A DNA stretch of 64,000 nucleotides, from the NCBI RefSeq assembly GCF_006345805.1, contig NC_043019.1:14817360-14881359 (forward strand), read 5' to 3'. A program made the position numbers and the translations under genes. Below, piece after piece: positions 37,650 to 51,653 of the stretch. The DNA comes from Octopus sinensis (lineage: Eukaryota). Below the pieces are notes generated by a model. The model was not told the DNA's origin. It saw nothing but the letters and a program-made list of their open reading frames with translations, and ran no database searches. Position 1 is the first letter of the stretch; each line of letters opens with the position of its first letter.

Positions 37650-39530
37650 AGGGCTGGATTAAAACCCATAGCAACCCTTAGTACTTATGAGATTTTGAAG
37701 CACCCATATATATATGTAATTCAAAATATAGACCACGAAATAATAAACCATGAAATAAATATTTATTTTTCAAAATGAGACAAAACTCTCCGTAACATGG
37801 AAAATATAATGTTTAATTTTGTATACTTCCACTTTGCTCTTTTACTCTTTTACTTGTTTCAGTCATTTGACTGCGGCCATGCTGGAGCACCGCCTTTAGT
37901 CGAGCAAATCGACCCCAGGACTTATTCTTTGTAAGCCTAGTACTTATTCCATCGGTCTCTTTTGCCAAACCACTAAGTTACAGGGATGTAAACACACCAG
38001 CATCGGTTGTCAAGCAACGTTGGGGGTACAAACACAGACACACACATACATAAATATATGCATATATATGGCAGGCTTCTTTCAGTTTCCATCTACCAAA
38101 TCCACTCACAAAGCTTTGGTCAGCCCGAGGCTATAGTAGAAGACACTTGCCCAAGATGCCATGCAGTGGGAACGAACTCGGAACCATGTAGTTGGTAAGC
38201 AAGCTACTTACCACACAACCACTCTTGCACCTATTTTTGAAAAGTTTTCTCTTACCTTTTTTCAATTGCAAAGTTTTTGATCAGATCCTCAAATTTAATC
38301 TTACATAACACATCTGCTTCTATACAGGGATGGATTAAGACCCATAGAGGACCTAAGCACTTGATAGATTTTGGTGCCCCCATATATATATATATATATA
38401 AATGGATGAATGAATTATCCTTTGTTTACCGTTAACATGGAAAATTCAACAAACAGTTACCAGGGTAGCAAAATTCACGCAAGAACAAGGATGTAGCGAC
38501 CTAATCAAAGGTAGAAATTCCGGGTTAATGTGCAGTAATTTGTGTAGTATTAGTAAATAAATTGAGTTGAACGCAGATGCTATTCAAATTCTTTTACTTT
38601 CGACATATGTTTCGAAGACAACAGTTGCCCTATTCCAAAGGAAGAAACGGTGCAAAACAATGCAATCTTCTTAATGTCGAAAGTAAAAGAATTTGAATAA
38701 CACCTGTGTTCAACTCCATTTATTTTCTTATATATATACTCTTTACTCTTTTACTCTTTTACTTGTTTCAGTCATTTGACTGCGGCTATGCTAGAGCACC
38801 GCCTTTAGTCAAGCAAATCGACCCCGGGACTTACTTTTTGTAAGCCCAGTACCTATTCTATCAGTCTCTTTTGCCGAATCGCTAAGTTACGGGGACCTAA
38901 ACACACCAGCTTCGGTTGTCAAGCAATGCTAGAGGAACAAACACAGACACACAAACACATACACACACACATATATATATATATACATATATACAACAGG
39001 CTTCTTTCAGTTTCTGTCTACCAAATCCACTCACAAGGCATTGGTCGGCCCGGGGCTATAGCAGAAAGAAGACACTTGCCCAAGATGCCACGCAGTGGGA
39101 CTGAACCCGGAACCATGTGGTTGGTTAGCAAGCTACTTACCACACAGCCACTCCTGCGCCTATATATATATTTAATTTAAAATCAAAACAATAATAAACC
39201 ATAAAGTAAATTTATATTCTCCAAATGAAACAAAACTAACAGTAAGATAGAAAACAATGTTTATCTTTTGTATACGTCCACATTATTTATATTTGAAAAG
39301 TTTTCTCCCACTTTTTTTAATTGCAAAGTCTTTGATGAGATCCTCAAAATTAATCTTAAGTAATTCATCTGCTTCTATACTTAGTAGGGACAAGACGTCC
39401 AGCCTGCTTTGCCGCATAATTGTCCTGACGGGATTTTTTAATATTCTTCAACTGAGAAAATGAACGCTCAGCTGAGCAATTTATGGCCATTAATGCCAAA
39501 ACTATAAAAGACAACAGAGCTTTGTCATAA
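37650..39530 (-). mobile_element. Two adjacent hAT-derived remnants, each interrupted by a SINE; C-terminal dimerisation-domain pseudogene at ~39300-39510
   Basis: Minus strand NCSAERSFSQLK..(frameshift)KNPVRTIMRQSRLDVLSLLSIEADELLKINFEDLIKDFAIKK; CAGGG[C/A]TGGATTAA termini at ~37650 and ~38327. Confidence 0.7.
38555..38725. repeat. 170-bp fold-back element
   Basis: Perfect 26-bp inverted repeat at 38581-38606 / 38674-38699, plus degenerate outer arms. Confidence 0.8.
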
Positions 39531-39849
39531 AATAGGTGAAGGTCAAAATTATTGTTATGTAGGTCTATATTTCCCTCTCTCCCTCTCTGTATATATAATA
39601 TATATATATATATATATTAATATTTAGCAGAATACATATCTTTATATTTATATACATGCAAATATAACATAAATTTTGACTGGTACTTCTGGTTTTTCGC
39701 CCAATGGTTACTTTCCTCACTGGTTCAATAAGCAGTTTGGTAAGACTTGGAAGTCCCAGTCAAAACTGACTTTATACAGTATTTGACTCTACTTTTGGAA
39801 TTGAGCACTGACATCAGTAAAGGATCTGTTGTTATTCCTTTAAATTCCT

Positions 39850-40055
39850 TTCATGTAATATTAGAGCAAGAAATGTTGCAATTGCTGAAGTCATCAGGAA
39901 AGTCAGAAAAATTGTTCTGGACAGACTATGTTGTGAACTCCATAACAGAGTTCAAATACAACCCTAACGAAGGAGCTACCTTTGAAGCATACGACAGAAA
40001 ATATGAGCAAATCTTTGAGAAAGAATGTAAAGATTGGGACGACAAGATGAAAACA
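39850..40055 (+). mobile_element. Ty3/Gypsy gag-like fragment
   Basis: NSITEFKYNPNEGATFEAYDRKYEQIFEKECKDWDD resembles the ITEF.YDP..G.TF..W..RYE.F motif. Confidence 0.6.
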
Positions 40056-40978
40056 TGCTCATCATCATTGTTTAACGTCCACTTTCCATGCTTGCATGGA
40101 TTGGACTGTTCAATCGGGGTCTGGGAAGCCAGAAGGCTGCACCAGACTCCAGTCTGATCTGGCAGTGTTTCTACAGCTGGATGCCCTTCCTAACGCCAAC
40201 CACTCCGTGAGTGTAGTGGGTGCTTTTTACGTGCCAGACGAGGCTGGCAAATGGCCACGATCGGATGAAGCTTTTTACGTGCCACCGGCATGGGAACCAG
40301 ACGAAGCTGGCCGAGAAAATTGGTAGCAACAGAACATAAACGATACAGCAATTATGCACTCCCAAGAATACTTTTGGATATAATGCCGTTTGACTGTGGT
40401 CGAGACAATGGAATTTACTATGTTACGCCAGACCTCACGGTCCATCATAGCATTATGGCGGTCCTGTTGCTGGATGCTTGTATCCCTGGAGATTACACCA
40501 GGGTAGGAGAGTGTGCAACCTCTGGTATCGCAAGTAGGTGGCTTCCAGAGGAGAAGAGTAGAAATTACCTCGTTTTCAGCTCTACAACAATGTCCAGCAA
40601 ACTGGACTCTCCTACCTTTCACAAGAGATGATACAGGTGGTAATTTCCCATATATTTGCACTTTGGTTGGATGGCGCTTCCACGAGAGATTTTGAGATAT
40701 AAACTTTAATGACACAATAAATATATTGTGTAAATTTTTCAGTGAAAAAAACTCATTGTTCAACACGGGTTGGAAGTGTCTGAACATAGAGAAAAAAACG
40801 ACAAGGTCAGCATCACATAGACTGGTAGAGGAAACAGGGAATACAAGAAGTTTAAGCTGGACGATTTAACCCTTTTGTTCCAAGCAGTGACCTGAACAAC
40901 AACAACAACAACAACAACAATAATAATCACATCGAAGTATACTTTAGGAATGAGAACCCAGGTTCGAAATTTCCCCAA

Positions 40979-41024
40979 GACACCTGAAGAAGGCTGGAGG
41001 GTATATCAGCTGAAACGTTGTGTT
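40979..41024 (+). ncRNA. Minimal hammerhead motif in a short dispersed repeat (a copy with a 3-nt deletion at 25935-25977, minus strand)
   Basis: GACAC-CTGAAGA-A-GGCTG..CAGCT-GAA-ACGT-T-GTGTT. Confidence 0.65.
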
Positions 41025-41881
41025 AACAACAAACAATCATCGAATGTAAATAATGTAAATAATGTAAAGGTTATCTTCTTGAGTCATGCCGATTCATAAG
41101 GGCTGGTTTCCATGGTGTATAAATTCCACTCCTGGACAGGACACCGGTCTATCACAGGATTACTCACTTTGGCCAGATGAGTGGCCTGGAGCAATGTGAA
41201 ATGAAGCGTTTTGCTCAAGAGTACAATGCCTCGCCCAGTCTAGGAATTGAAACCATAATCTTACAATCACGATTCCAACACTTTAACCACCAATCCATGT
41301 GCCTCGACAAGAGGGAATTACAGAGAGTGGTGAACACAGGTGGAAGTATGGTCAGTCATGAATATTAGTTGGAGAGGAAGGGTGCAGGGAGTAGCCGGCA
41401 GTAAGGATAATGTGAAGGGCTTTGGGGGGTCGTAGTGTGTGAGAGAGATGCACAGGGTTTGTTGTTGTTTTGTTCCTTCTCGAGCCATACCTGGCTCATA
41501 AGGGCCGGTTTCCCGGTTTCTTAGGTGTATAGGTTCTCCACCTGGATGAGACGCTGGTCCGTTGCAGGTGAGCTGCAAGATGCAGGAAGAAAGAGTGAGA
41601 GAAAGTTGTGGCGAAAGAGTCAGCAGAAGTTTGCTATTACCTTCTGCCGGAGCCGCGTGGAGCTTTAGGTGTTTTGCTCATAAACACACACATTGCCCAG
41701 TCTGAGATTCGAACCCGCGATCCACTCGACCGTAAGTCCGCTGCTCTAACCACTAGGCCATGTGCTTGCACATGCACAGGGTTAGGGATGAAGTGAGGTA
41801 CACGAGGGTGGAAACGGTGAGTTAAGTTCATTAGAACGAGAGAGGAGAACGACAGATATGTGTGTTTTATCAAGCACTTAC

Positions 41882-42100
41882 CTTTACAAAACTGTAAGTC
41901 TTGCCAAAAAAATTTATGCCTCGAGTTTGGATAATTTGTTGTTGGCCATTCAGTTTCTGGAAACCAGAGTCTTCAAGCGACTTCACATTACCATAGCAAG
42001 TTTCACTCCTTAAAAGTAACAGGATGAAGCTGCACCATACTGATAAATAGAAGGAAGAACCGGTTGAGGGCTTTGTTTTTTTGCTTTCCGCACTAACCAT
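41882..42100 (-). CDS. NIDO-domain membrane protein, coding exon 1 (signal peptide plus NIDO start, ...GINFFGKTYSFVK)
   Basis: ATG at 42100, hydrophobic FYLSVWCSFILLLL then CYG cleavage-like site; FFG..Y motif; donor AAG|GTAAGT, phase 0, 73 codons. Confidence 0.85.
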
Positions 42101-42703
42101 CTTCCTTGATTGTAGTAAACAAACGTTTTAGCAACTGCTTAAATATAATTTGGTCAGAATCACTGAAATTTTTTTCTGATTAATATTTCGTTCCAAATTT
42201 TAACAGTTTGTTTTTTCTTTTAGAAATTAAAAAATTATTTTTTTACTACCTTAAAAAAATCTATTATCACTATGAAATTATTGTGAAAAGTTTTGGAGTA
42301 AATGTTAAGGAAAAAATTTTCCTTCTGAAGATAAATATATCAATGTGATTTACCAAAGAAGTTTGCTTGTGCGATATCAATGTTTGTTCTGTAATTGTCC
42401 TATTTATCCTGACAGCTTAATTAAGAAGCTGGTTCTGATGTTGTGACAGTTTCAAATTACTTCGGGAACTTTTAGAAGTTGGCGTGTTCTATCTCTCTTA
42501 ATTGCATGAAAAGGTTTGTTCCTAAGGGTAGATCTTTAAAAGCAGTTCGCTGATAAAAAAGAAAAGGGCTCAAATTCAAATAATTGCTTCTAAAACTTTT
42601 AAACAAATTGCTTGTAAAAAATTAAACAAGTTGCTTTCATATACGTTCTGAACAAAAGTTTCTTTTAAAGGTTTAAAGCAAATTTGTTTATTAAAGTCTA
42701 GAA

Positions 42704-42922
42704 CAGTGGTTTTCAACCAAGGTTCCGCGGAACTTTAGGGTTCCACCAGCACAGTGCAGGGGTTCCACAAGAAGTTACAAAACTGCTAAAATCGGCAGTA
42801 ATTTTTAATTCTCCTGTGCAGATATGTGTGCATAAGACTATTAAATTATTACACAGGGGTTCCTCGAGCCAGTGGAATATTTCCTTGGGGTTCCGCTCCA
42901 ACAAAAAGTTTGAAAAGCACTG
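42704..42922. mobile_element. hAT (Charlie-type) MITE, 219 bp
   Basis: TIRs CAGTGGTTTTCAA / TTGAAAAGCACTG and a perfect 8-bp TSD GTCTAGAA (42696-42703, 42923-42930). Confidence 0.9.
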
Positions 42923-43667
42923 GTCTAGAAGTTATAACTGAAAAGCTAACGAGTTGCCTTAGAAAAATTGAGGGCAAAATTTTCTTCTTTTTTTTCTTAA
43001 AAAAAGTAGTTTGAGATCCACGCTTTTTTTTTCTGTTGTTATTTTCAAATATGTTTATATTTCATCACAGTGTTGTTGCTGTCGTTGTTGTTGCTATTGA
43101 TGTTGGTGTTTATTGTTGTCGCCTTGTTTGTCGGCACTTTTAATTCTGGTGTACCATCTCCGGCTGCTGATCGCGTGTGCGAGGAAAAACAGCATTTAAG
43201 ATACAAGACGGAAATGTCTATGAATTAAATAAAACAGAATATGAGAGAAGAGATAGAGAGATAGAAAGAAAGAGAAAAGAAAAAGAAAGGATACAAGAGT
43301 GATAAAGGGGAGGGAGAGGGAGAGAGAGAGAGAGCGAAGGGAAGAGAAATAGAGGGGAAAGGGAAAGAGAGAATGAGAGAGTGAGTGGGGGAGGGAAGAC
43401 ACTACTTGTTATTATAGGACAGAGAAGGGAGGATGTGTGTATTTATGTGTATGGTTCGTGTGTGTGTGTGTGTGGCGGTGTGTGTGTGTGTATGTGTGTG
43501 TGTGTGTGTGTAAGTGTGTGTGTTACTGTGTGCATGCGTGTGCTGTGCATAAGTAAATCACTAGACACTATTATACCCAACAATAGACAGAGGAGTATGT
43601 ATGTGTGTGGGTTGTGTGTGGTGTGTGTGTGTGTGCATTCGTACGTGAGTGTTTATATATATATATA

Positions 43668-43721
<54 letters not shown>

Positions 43722-43943
43722 TATATATATATAGAATATATATATATATATATATATATAGATATATATATATATATAATTATATATATATATATATATA
43801 TATATAGAATATATAAATATATATATATAATATATATTATAATATATATATATATATATATTTTTATATATATATATATATATAGAATATATATAATATA
43901 GATATATATATAGATAGATATATAACAACATATACTACATACG

Positions 43944-43974
<31 letters not shown>

Positions 43975-44043
43975 ATTATCTATCTATCGATCTGTCTGTC
44001 TGTCTATCTGACTATCTATCTAAGTCTACATCTACCTACCAAC

Positions 44044-44076
<33 letters not shown>

Positions 44077-44310
44077 CTCTTTTACTCTTTTACTTGTTTC
44101 AGTCATTTGACCGTGGCCATGCTGGAGCACCGCCTTTGGTCTATCAAGCAAATCGACCCCAGGACTTATTCTTTGTAAGCCTAGTACTTATTCTATCGGT
44201 CTCTTTTGGCCGAAGCTCTAAGTTACGGGACGTAAACACAGACACACAAACATACACACACACATACACACACACATACATACATACATACATACATACA
44301 TACATAATAC

Positions 44311-44345
<35 letters not shown>

Positions 44346-44800
44346 TATATGTATGTATAAATACTCAATTGCATATACATTACAGACACACAGACACTTG
44401 TTTATACACTGTGGGTGTGTTAATTAGGGTCATAGTAGTGGTAATGGTGATCGTGGTGGTGGATATTGTAGTGGTGTTGATGGTAATGGCTGTAGTTAAT
44501 GATGGTGGTGGTAATGTTGGGAGTGGTAGCTTCGTGATTGAGGTGGTGGTGGTGGTAGTGGCAGCAGTGCGTTCTGGATCATTCAACATAGTAAATGAAA
44601 ATGAAAATTGTGAGTGGGTGTATATAAGGATTTGCCTATGTGTGTCAGTTGATATATATATATATATAGTATATATATATATATACATGTCTATATATAT
44701 GCACCTATCTATATGAATGCATATACTTCTTTCTTTTGTTCAGTATGTCTGTCTATCTATTGACTTTTCTCCTTGTCGGTCAGTCTGTCTGTCATCTATA

Positions 44801-44844
<44 letters not shown>

Positions 44845-45469
44845 TGTATGTCATTATTCAGTTTTATTTCAAGATTTCTTACCAATAGAGAAAGAACCGG
44901 TTTCTAACCTAGATCTAAGGCTCCTTCATTGGAATCTCAACATCAACAACAGGGTATTTTTGTATGTATGTATGTATGTATGTATGTACGTATGTATGTA
45001 TGTATGTATGTATGTATACTTGCAGATTTGTATGTTTTGTTTTACACATTATATTCTCATGCATATAGTTGCATATCTAGACATGTTCATATATATTTAA
45101 ATAGTAAGCTTCCAAAAAATTTTACATCTATGTGTGTATGTATGTATTCATGACAGACTTCTTCCATTTTTCCATCTACCAAATTCACTCACTAAACTTT
45201 GGTCAGTTAAATGCTACAATAGAAGACACTTGCTCAAAGTGCCAAGCAGTGAGACTGAACCCAGAACCATAAGGCTACGAAGTAAACTATGTCCCCCCCA
45301 CCACCACTGCCTGTCTTTATGCAACTCATGTTTAATGAAGGAAAGCGTTGCCAACGTCACCTGATACAAGAACTTTGGTAGGATTTGAACTCAAAGCATT
45401 AAAATTTGGGAACAGAAACTGCGAGACATTTTGCCATACATTCTGATGACTGAGACAATTCAAAATCAT

Positions 45470-46100
45470 ACGTACGTACATACATGCATACATACATACA
45501 TGCATACATACATATATGCATACATACATACATACATACATACATGCATACATGCATACATACATACATACACGCATACATACATACATACATACATACA
45601 TAAATACAAACATACATACATGCATGCATACATACATACATACATACATACATACATACATGCATAATACATACATACATACATACATACATACATACAT
45701 ACATGCATACATACATACATGCATACATACATACATACATGCATACATACATACATACATACATGCATACATACATGCATACATACATATATACATACAT
45801 ACATACATGCATACATACATACATACATACACACATACATACATACATACATGCATGCATGCATACATACATACATGCGTACATGCATACATACATACAT
45901 ACATACATACATACATACATACATACACACATACATACATACATACATACATACATACATACATACACTACATACATACATACATACATACATACATACA
46001 TACATGCATGCATACATACATTCATACATACATACATACACACATACATACATACATACATACAAACATACGTACATACATGCATGCATGCATACACACA
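45470..46100. repeat. (TACA)n microsatellite array, ~630 bp
   Basis: Direct inspection. Confidence 0.95.
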
Positions 46101-46314
46101 TAATGATTGCATTATAGAATTCATTCTCATCTGCCCTTAACTTCTGATAAAAAACCCACCAGGGAACATAGTCATGCTATGTAGCTCTGTTTAGTTTGGG
46201 GCTGAAGGCCAAAATCCCTCTGTAGGAGCTAGCTTAAAAGTTCCCACGGAATGCAGCTTTTAAGGTAATAACATATAAGATATAAGATATAGATAGAAGA
46301 TGGATGTATAGAAT

Positions 46315-46895
46315 CTTGCATCACCGGTCTGGAACCCCTATCTTGCCCAGGATATTAATCGTCTGGAAACCGTTCAGCGATGTGCAACCAAGAGAACACC
46401 CTCCATCAGGCATTTGCCATATTCTGAATGCCTTACTTCCCTGGGCATGGACACATTGAAACTCCGACGTCTGGCAGCTGACTTGGCAGACACCCATAAA
46501 ATTATTAACCATCTTACAAACAATAACTCTGAGCACCTTTTCAAACTCCACCTGTCTAACACCCATGGACATGTTTACAAAGTCAGAAAACAGCACAGCT
46601 CCCATGACTTTCGAAAACATTTTTTCATGCTAAGAGTTGCTGAAGCATGGAACAAACTGCCGGCATCAGTTGCTAGTTGTCTGAGCACTGCATCCTTCAA
46701 AACTTCCATGCTTCCTGAGATTCGCCAACACTACACCTGATTTTCTCCCCTCCATACACACGCAAGCATGTATCTGACTCATGCATTGTTCGCTTTCCAG
46801 ACATTTGTACATTACTGCATATACTCTATACGCACTTTTAACAAGTTGTGGTGCACCTGAGCACTGTATACAATAATTTCATTATTATTATTACT
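46315..46895 (+). mobile_element. CR1/L2-type LINE 3' end with (ATT)n tail; shorter copy at 53690-54062
   Basis: PVWNPYL..DI..LE.VQR.ATK, L..RR...DL...HKI, RKHFF..RV...WN.LP. Confidence 0.88.
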
Positions 46896-48631
46896 ATTAT
46901 TATAAGCAAACTCAATTCTTAGTTTGCTGTTATCCATCTTCTCTTAACCACTTTTGTTATCTATTTTCTGCATTTATCCCAAACATTTAATTCGGAAAAG
47001 ATTTCAGTTTTGGGATATCTCTGTGGAAAAAAAAAAGGCTTAGAAAGGAAGCAGAATGGTTGCATGCGAGAACTTGTAGAAGTGTCAAATCAACTGTGAT
47101 GGAGCTGGTGGGGTGGGGGTGGGGTGTTCATGGTGAGTATTATATTAATTAATGTTATATTAATTAGCCACAATTAGAGGCCAATTAACAGGAGTTTGGC
47201 ATACTTTGACACAAACTAATTGAAGTATGTATGCACAATAAGTTTACAGATATATTCGTATATGTATGTGTGTGTATCCTATGAGTGTGGAGGTGCAATG
47301 GCCCAGTGGTTAGGGCAACGGACTCGCGGTCACAGGATCATGGTTTTGATTCCCAGACTGGGTGCTGTGAGTGTTTATTGAGCAAAAACACCTAAAGCTC
47401 CACGAGGCTCTGGCAGGGGTTGGTGGCGAACCCTTCTGTACTCTTTCACCACAACTTTCTCTCACTCTTTCTTCCTGTTTCTGTTGTACCTGTATTTCAA
47501 AGGGGCCAGACTTGTCACACTCTGTGTCATGCTGAATCTCCTCGAGAACTACATTAAGGGTACGCGCATGTCTGTGGAGTGCTCAACCACTTGCATATTA
47601 ATTTCACAAGCAGGCTGTTCCATTGATCGGATCCACTGGAACCCTCGTCATCATAACCGATAGAGTGCCACAACAATCCTATGAGTAAAGACATGTGTGT
47701 GTGTGTGTTGGGGGGGACTGAACCCAGAACCATGCGGTTGGTAAGCAAACTACTTACCACTCAGCCACTCCTGCGTGTATATGTATGTAAATTTAAATAA
47801 TAAGGGTGAAAAATTGAATATTAATTTGATTAATATCAATTTAAAAACCAGTGGCCAAACATCTTGAAGAAATCTGAAGATTCAGAAAAATTACATTACA
47901 TACATATGGACATCCATTATGCTAGATGTAGACCCGATATGGTCTGACCACTAAGAAAATGAGTGAGCGGACAAATGAGTGTGGCACACAATACATTTGA
48001 CAGGAGTTACATTTGCTATTTAAAAACAAGTTTGATTCTCTTCCAAGTTTGGTAGGCTTGGAGAATGAACCTGACTTGTCAGACATCTGAAGGTTGGTCT
48101 CCTCCAGATGTCTGACAGATCAAGTTCATTCTACAATTCCATGAAATTTTAAGCTGCATGGAACTGAAAGGAACTGTTATTTTTCTATTCTTTATTTTTT
48201 TCAGTCATTTGACTGTGGCCATGCTGGAGTGCCGCCTTTAGTTGAACAGATCGACCCCAGGACTTATTTTTTGTAAGCCTAGTACTTATTCTATTGGTCT
48301 CTTTTGCCAAACTGATAAGTTATGGGGACATAAACACACCAACATCGGTTGTCAAGCGATGGCAGAGGGACAAACACAGACACACAAACACATACATCAT
48401 CATCATCATCATGGTTTAACGTCCATTTTCCATGCTAGCATGGGTTGGATGGTTCGACCGGGGTCTGGGAAGCCAGGAGGCTGCACCAGGCTCCAGTCTG
48501 ATCTGGCATGTTTATACAGCTGGATGCCCTTCCTAACGCCAGCCACTCCGTGAGTGTAGTGTGTGCTTTTTATGTGCCACCAGCACAGAGGCCAGAGGAG
48601 GCTGGTAAACGGCCAGATACATATATATACA

Positions 48632-48698
<67 letters not shown>

Positions 48699-48860
48699 CG
48701 CAAGAGTGGCTGCGTGGTAAGTAGCTTGCTAACCAACCACATGATTCCGGGTTCAGTCCCACTGCGTGGCATCTTGGGCAAGTGTCTTCTGCTATAGCCC
48801 CAGGCCGACAATGCCTTGTGAGTGGATTTGGTAGACGGAAACTGAAAGAAGCCTGTCGTA

Positions 48861-48905
<45 letters not shown>

Positions 48906-49574
48906 ATATTGCCTGTGTGTGTTGTGTGTCTGTGTTTGTCCCCTAGCATTGCTTGACAACCGATGCTGGTGTGTTTACGTCGCCGTCACTTAGCTTTGGC
49001 AAAAGAGACCAATAGAATAAGTACTGGGCTTACAAAGAATAAGTCCCGGGGTCGATTTGCTCGACTAAAGGCGGTGCTCCAGCATGGCCGCAGTCAAATG
49101 ACTGAAACAAGTAAAAGAGTAAAAGAGTATACACACAACAGGCTTCTTTCAGTTTCCGTCTACCAAATTCACTCACAAGGCTATGGTCAGCCTAAGGCTA
49201 TAGTAGAAGACACTTGCCCAAGGTGGCACACAGTGGGACTGAACCCGGAACCATGTGGTTGGTAAGCAAGTTACCTACCACACAGCCACTCCTTTAAATA
49301 ATATCTTTTTTCTGTTTTTCTTTCTTCTTGTTTCAGTCATTAGATTGCGGCCATGCTGGGGCACCACTTTTGAAGAATTCACCCCAACTATTAAGTTTTA
49401 AAGTCTGGTACTTATCTTATCGGTCGCTATTGCCGAACCGCTAAGTGCAAAGTCTTATATAACCATTCAGAGACATTTATGAAATATGTAAGTAATTTTT
49501 AAGGTTCGTTTGACTCCAATTTGTAAATGACCTTGATGGAAAAATTTATAATGAGCTAACCTAAATTGTTGCAG

Positions 49575-49608
<34 letters not shown>

Positions 49609-49861
49609 AGAGAAAGAGAGGGAGAGAGACAGAGAGAAGGTGAGAGAGAGGGAGGGAGAAAGAGTGAGTGGGAGATGGAGATAGATAAATAGATAGATAG
49701 AGACAGAGAGGGGGGGAGTAAGTTAGAAAGAGAGGTATGGAGAAATGGATATGTCGTGCTCATTCATGTGTAACATAGTTTCACTACAATGCAACACTTT
49801 CTTGTTCAATTTCCAACCAAGCAATTATAAGACTAGGAATTCACTGACACACGACCTAGGC

Positions 49862-49927
49862 AACTAATAATTAATAATAATAATGATAATGATATGATAG
49901 ATATAATATAATAATAATAATATAATA

Positions 49928-49966
<39 letters not shown>

Positions 49967-50071
49967 TAATAATAATAATAATAATAATATAATAATAATG
50001 ATAATAATAAGAAATAATAATGATGATATAATAATAATAATAATAGCTGATATATAATAATAATAATAATA

Positions 50072-50114
<43 letters not shown>

Positions 50115-50303
50115 AATAATAATAATGACAATAATAATAATGACAATAATAATAATAATAACAATAATAATGAAATAATAATGATAATAATAATAGTAAT
50201 AATAATAATAATGATAATGATAATAATAATAATAATCATAATAATAATAATATTAGTAATAATAATAATAATAGTAATAATAATAATGACAATAATAATA
50301 ATG

Positions 50304-50345
<42 letters not shown>
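49862..50345. repeat. (AAT)n-based array, ~480 bp
   Basis: Direct inspection. Confidence 0.95.
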
Positions 50346-50348
<3 letters not shown>

Positions 50349-50349
50349 T

Positions 50350-50865
50350 CTGGTTTTATTGGTCACAAGGGCTGACATAAATCAAGAAAAACATGTAAGG
50401 ACAAAGGCAGGACAAAAAGTACAAAGGGTTTTGTCCAAAAAGAAAGGTCCATGTAAACATTCAAAATAACAGTAAAAAATATAACAAATAAAACTCTCAA
50501 GGGGGAGGTGCTTTGAAAGGTAACTTGTGGGCAAACCCCATAAAAGCCAGAGGAGCCTGATTAAAGAGGGGTAGAGAGCCCCTTTCTCCTTTTATATTAC
50601 CTTTTTATATCACAGGTGTATCCTCAGAATTGGTCCATTCATACTGGCCATTCTTGCAACATTCACCCACCTTTCAATAAACTTGCTATCAGACAACACT
50701 TCCCTCTCTACTCTCACCTTCCTTTTCAAGTGAAACTTGAAAAAGTTGATGAGGCCTTGGCCAAAAGAGGAAAGTGTCTGACTTTAGCCCTTTCAAACGG
50801 GTCCACTATACCACCTTTTTCACTACAGCCACTAGACAAAGGAAAATTACCTTGCCCTCCCAGTT
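50350..50865 (-). mobile_element. L1/Tx1-like LINE ORF2 3' fragment
   Basis: Minus strand LVAVVKKVV*WTRLKGL...(frameshift)LINFFKFHLKRKVRVERE...F.ERW, then AATAAA and an (ATT)n array. Clade assignment from recalled motif similarity. Confidence 0.6.
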
Positions 50866-51273
50866 AAAGGAGGTCGACATGGCAATCTTCACTATGGATT
50901 CAGCTGATAGCCGGATCCGTCCAATACGCGACAGTAGCTGTTCGACATATATATATATTCTGAGTTCAAATTCCACTCAGGTCGACTTTGCCTTTCATCC
51001 TTTCAGGGTTGATAAAATAAGTTGTCTTTTAAGGTGGCAACCTGGCAGAAACGTTAGCATGCCAGGCAAAATGCTTAGCGGTATTTCCTCAGCTATTACA
51101 TTCTGAGTTCAAATTCCGCCGAGGTCAACTTTGCCCGTCATCCTTTTGGGGTCGATAAATTAAGTACTGAGGCTATAGTAGAAGACACTTGCCCAAGGTG
51201 CCATGCAGTAGGACTGAACCCAGAACCATGTGGTTGGTAAGCAAGCTACTCACCACACGGCCAATCCTGTGCC

Positions 51274-51316
<43 letters not shown>

Positions 51317-51369
51317 GGTATGTAAAAAATACAACATGGACAAGAACGTATACTCTTAAGAAGACGATA

Positions 51370-51416
<47 letters not shown>

Positions 51417-51621
51417 ATCCAAATATGAAAACACAAAGAGAAAACACAACAGCATGAGGATGTGGAACAAATATAGTGTTATTGGATGCTACGCTCAGTA
51501 AAGGAAAGAAAGAAGGAGGATTTAACATTTAGAGCGGAGCTCTTCGTCAGAAACATAGGAAAAGGGAAAGGTCCAAGGAAGGGAAAATGGAGAAAGAAAA
51601 TCGCCGATACACATGCGGTCA

Positions 51622-51653
<32 letters not shown>

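Noticed and set aside
38581-38699. GAAACATATGTC on the minus strand as hammerhead helix III
   Set aside because: No CUGANGA at the required position; better explained as a fold-back repeat.
45332-46140. 200+ aa MYVC/HTYI ORFs, and similar YI, CV, SL, ER and II ORFs throughout
   Set aside because: Translations of TACA, TA, CA, AG and AAT microsatellites.
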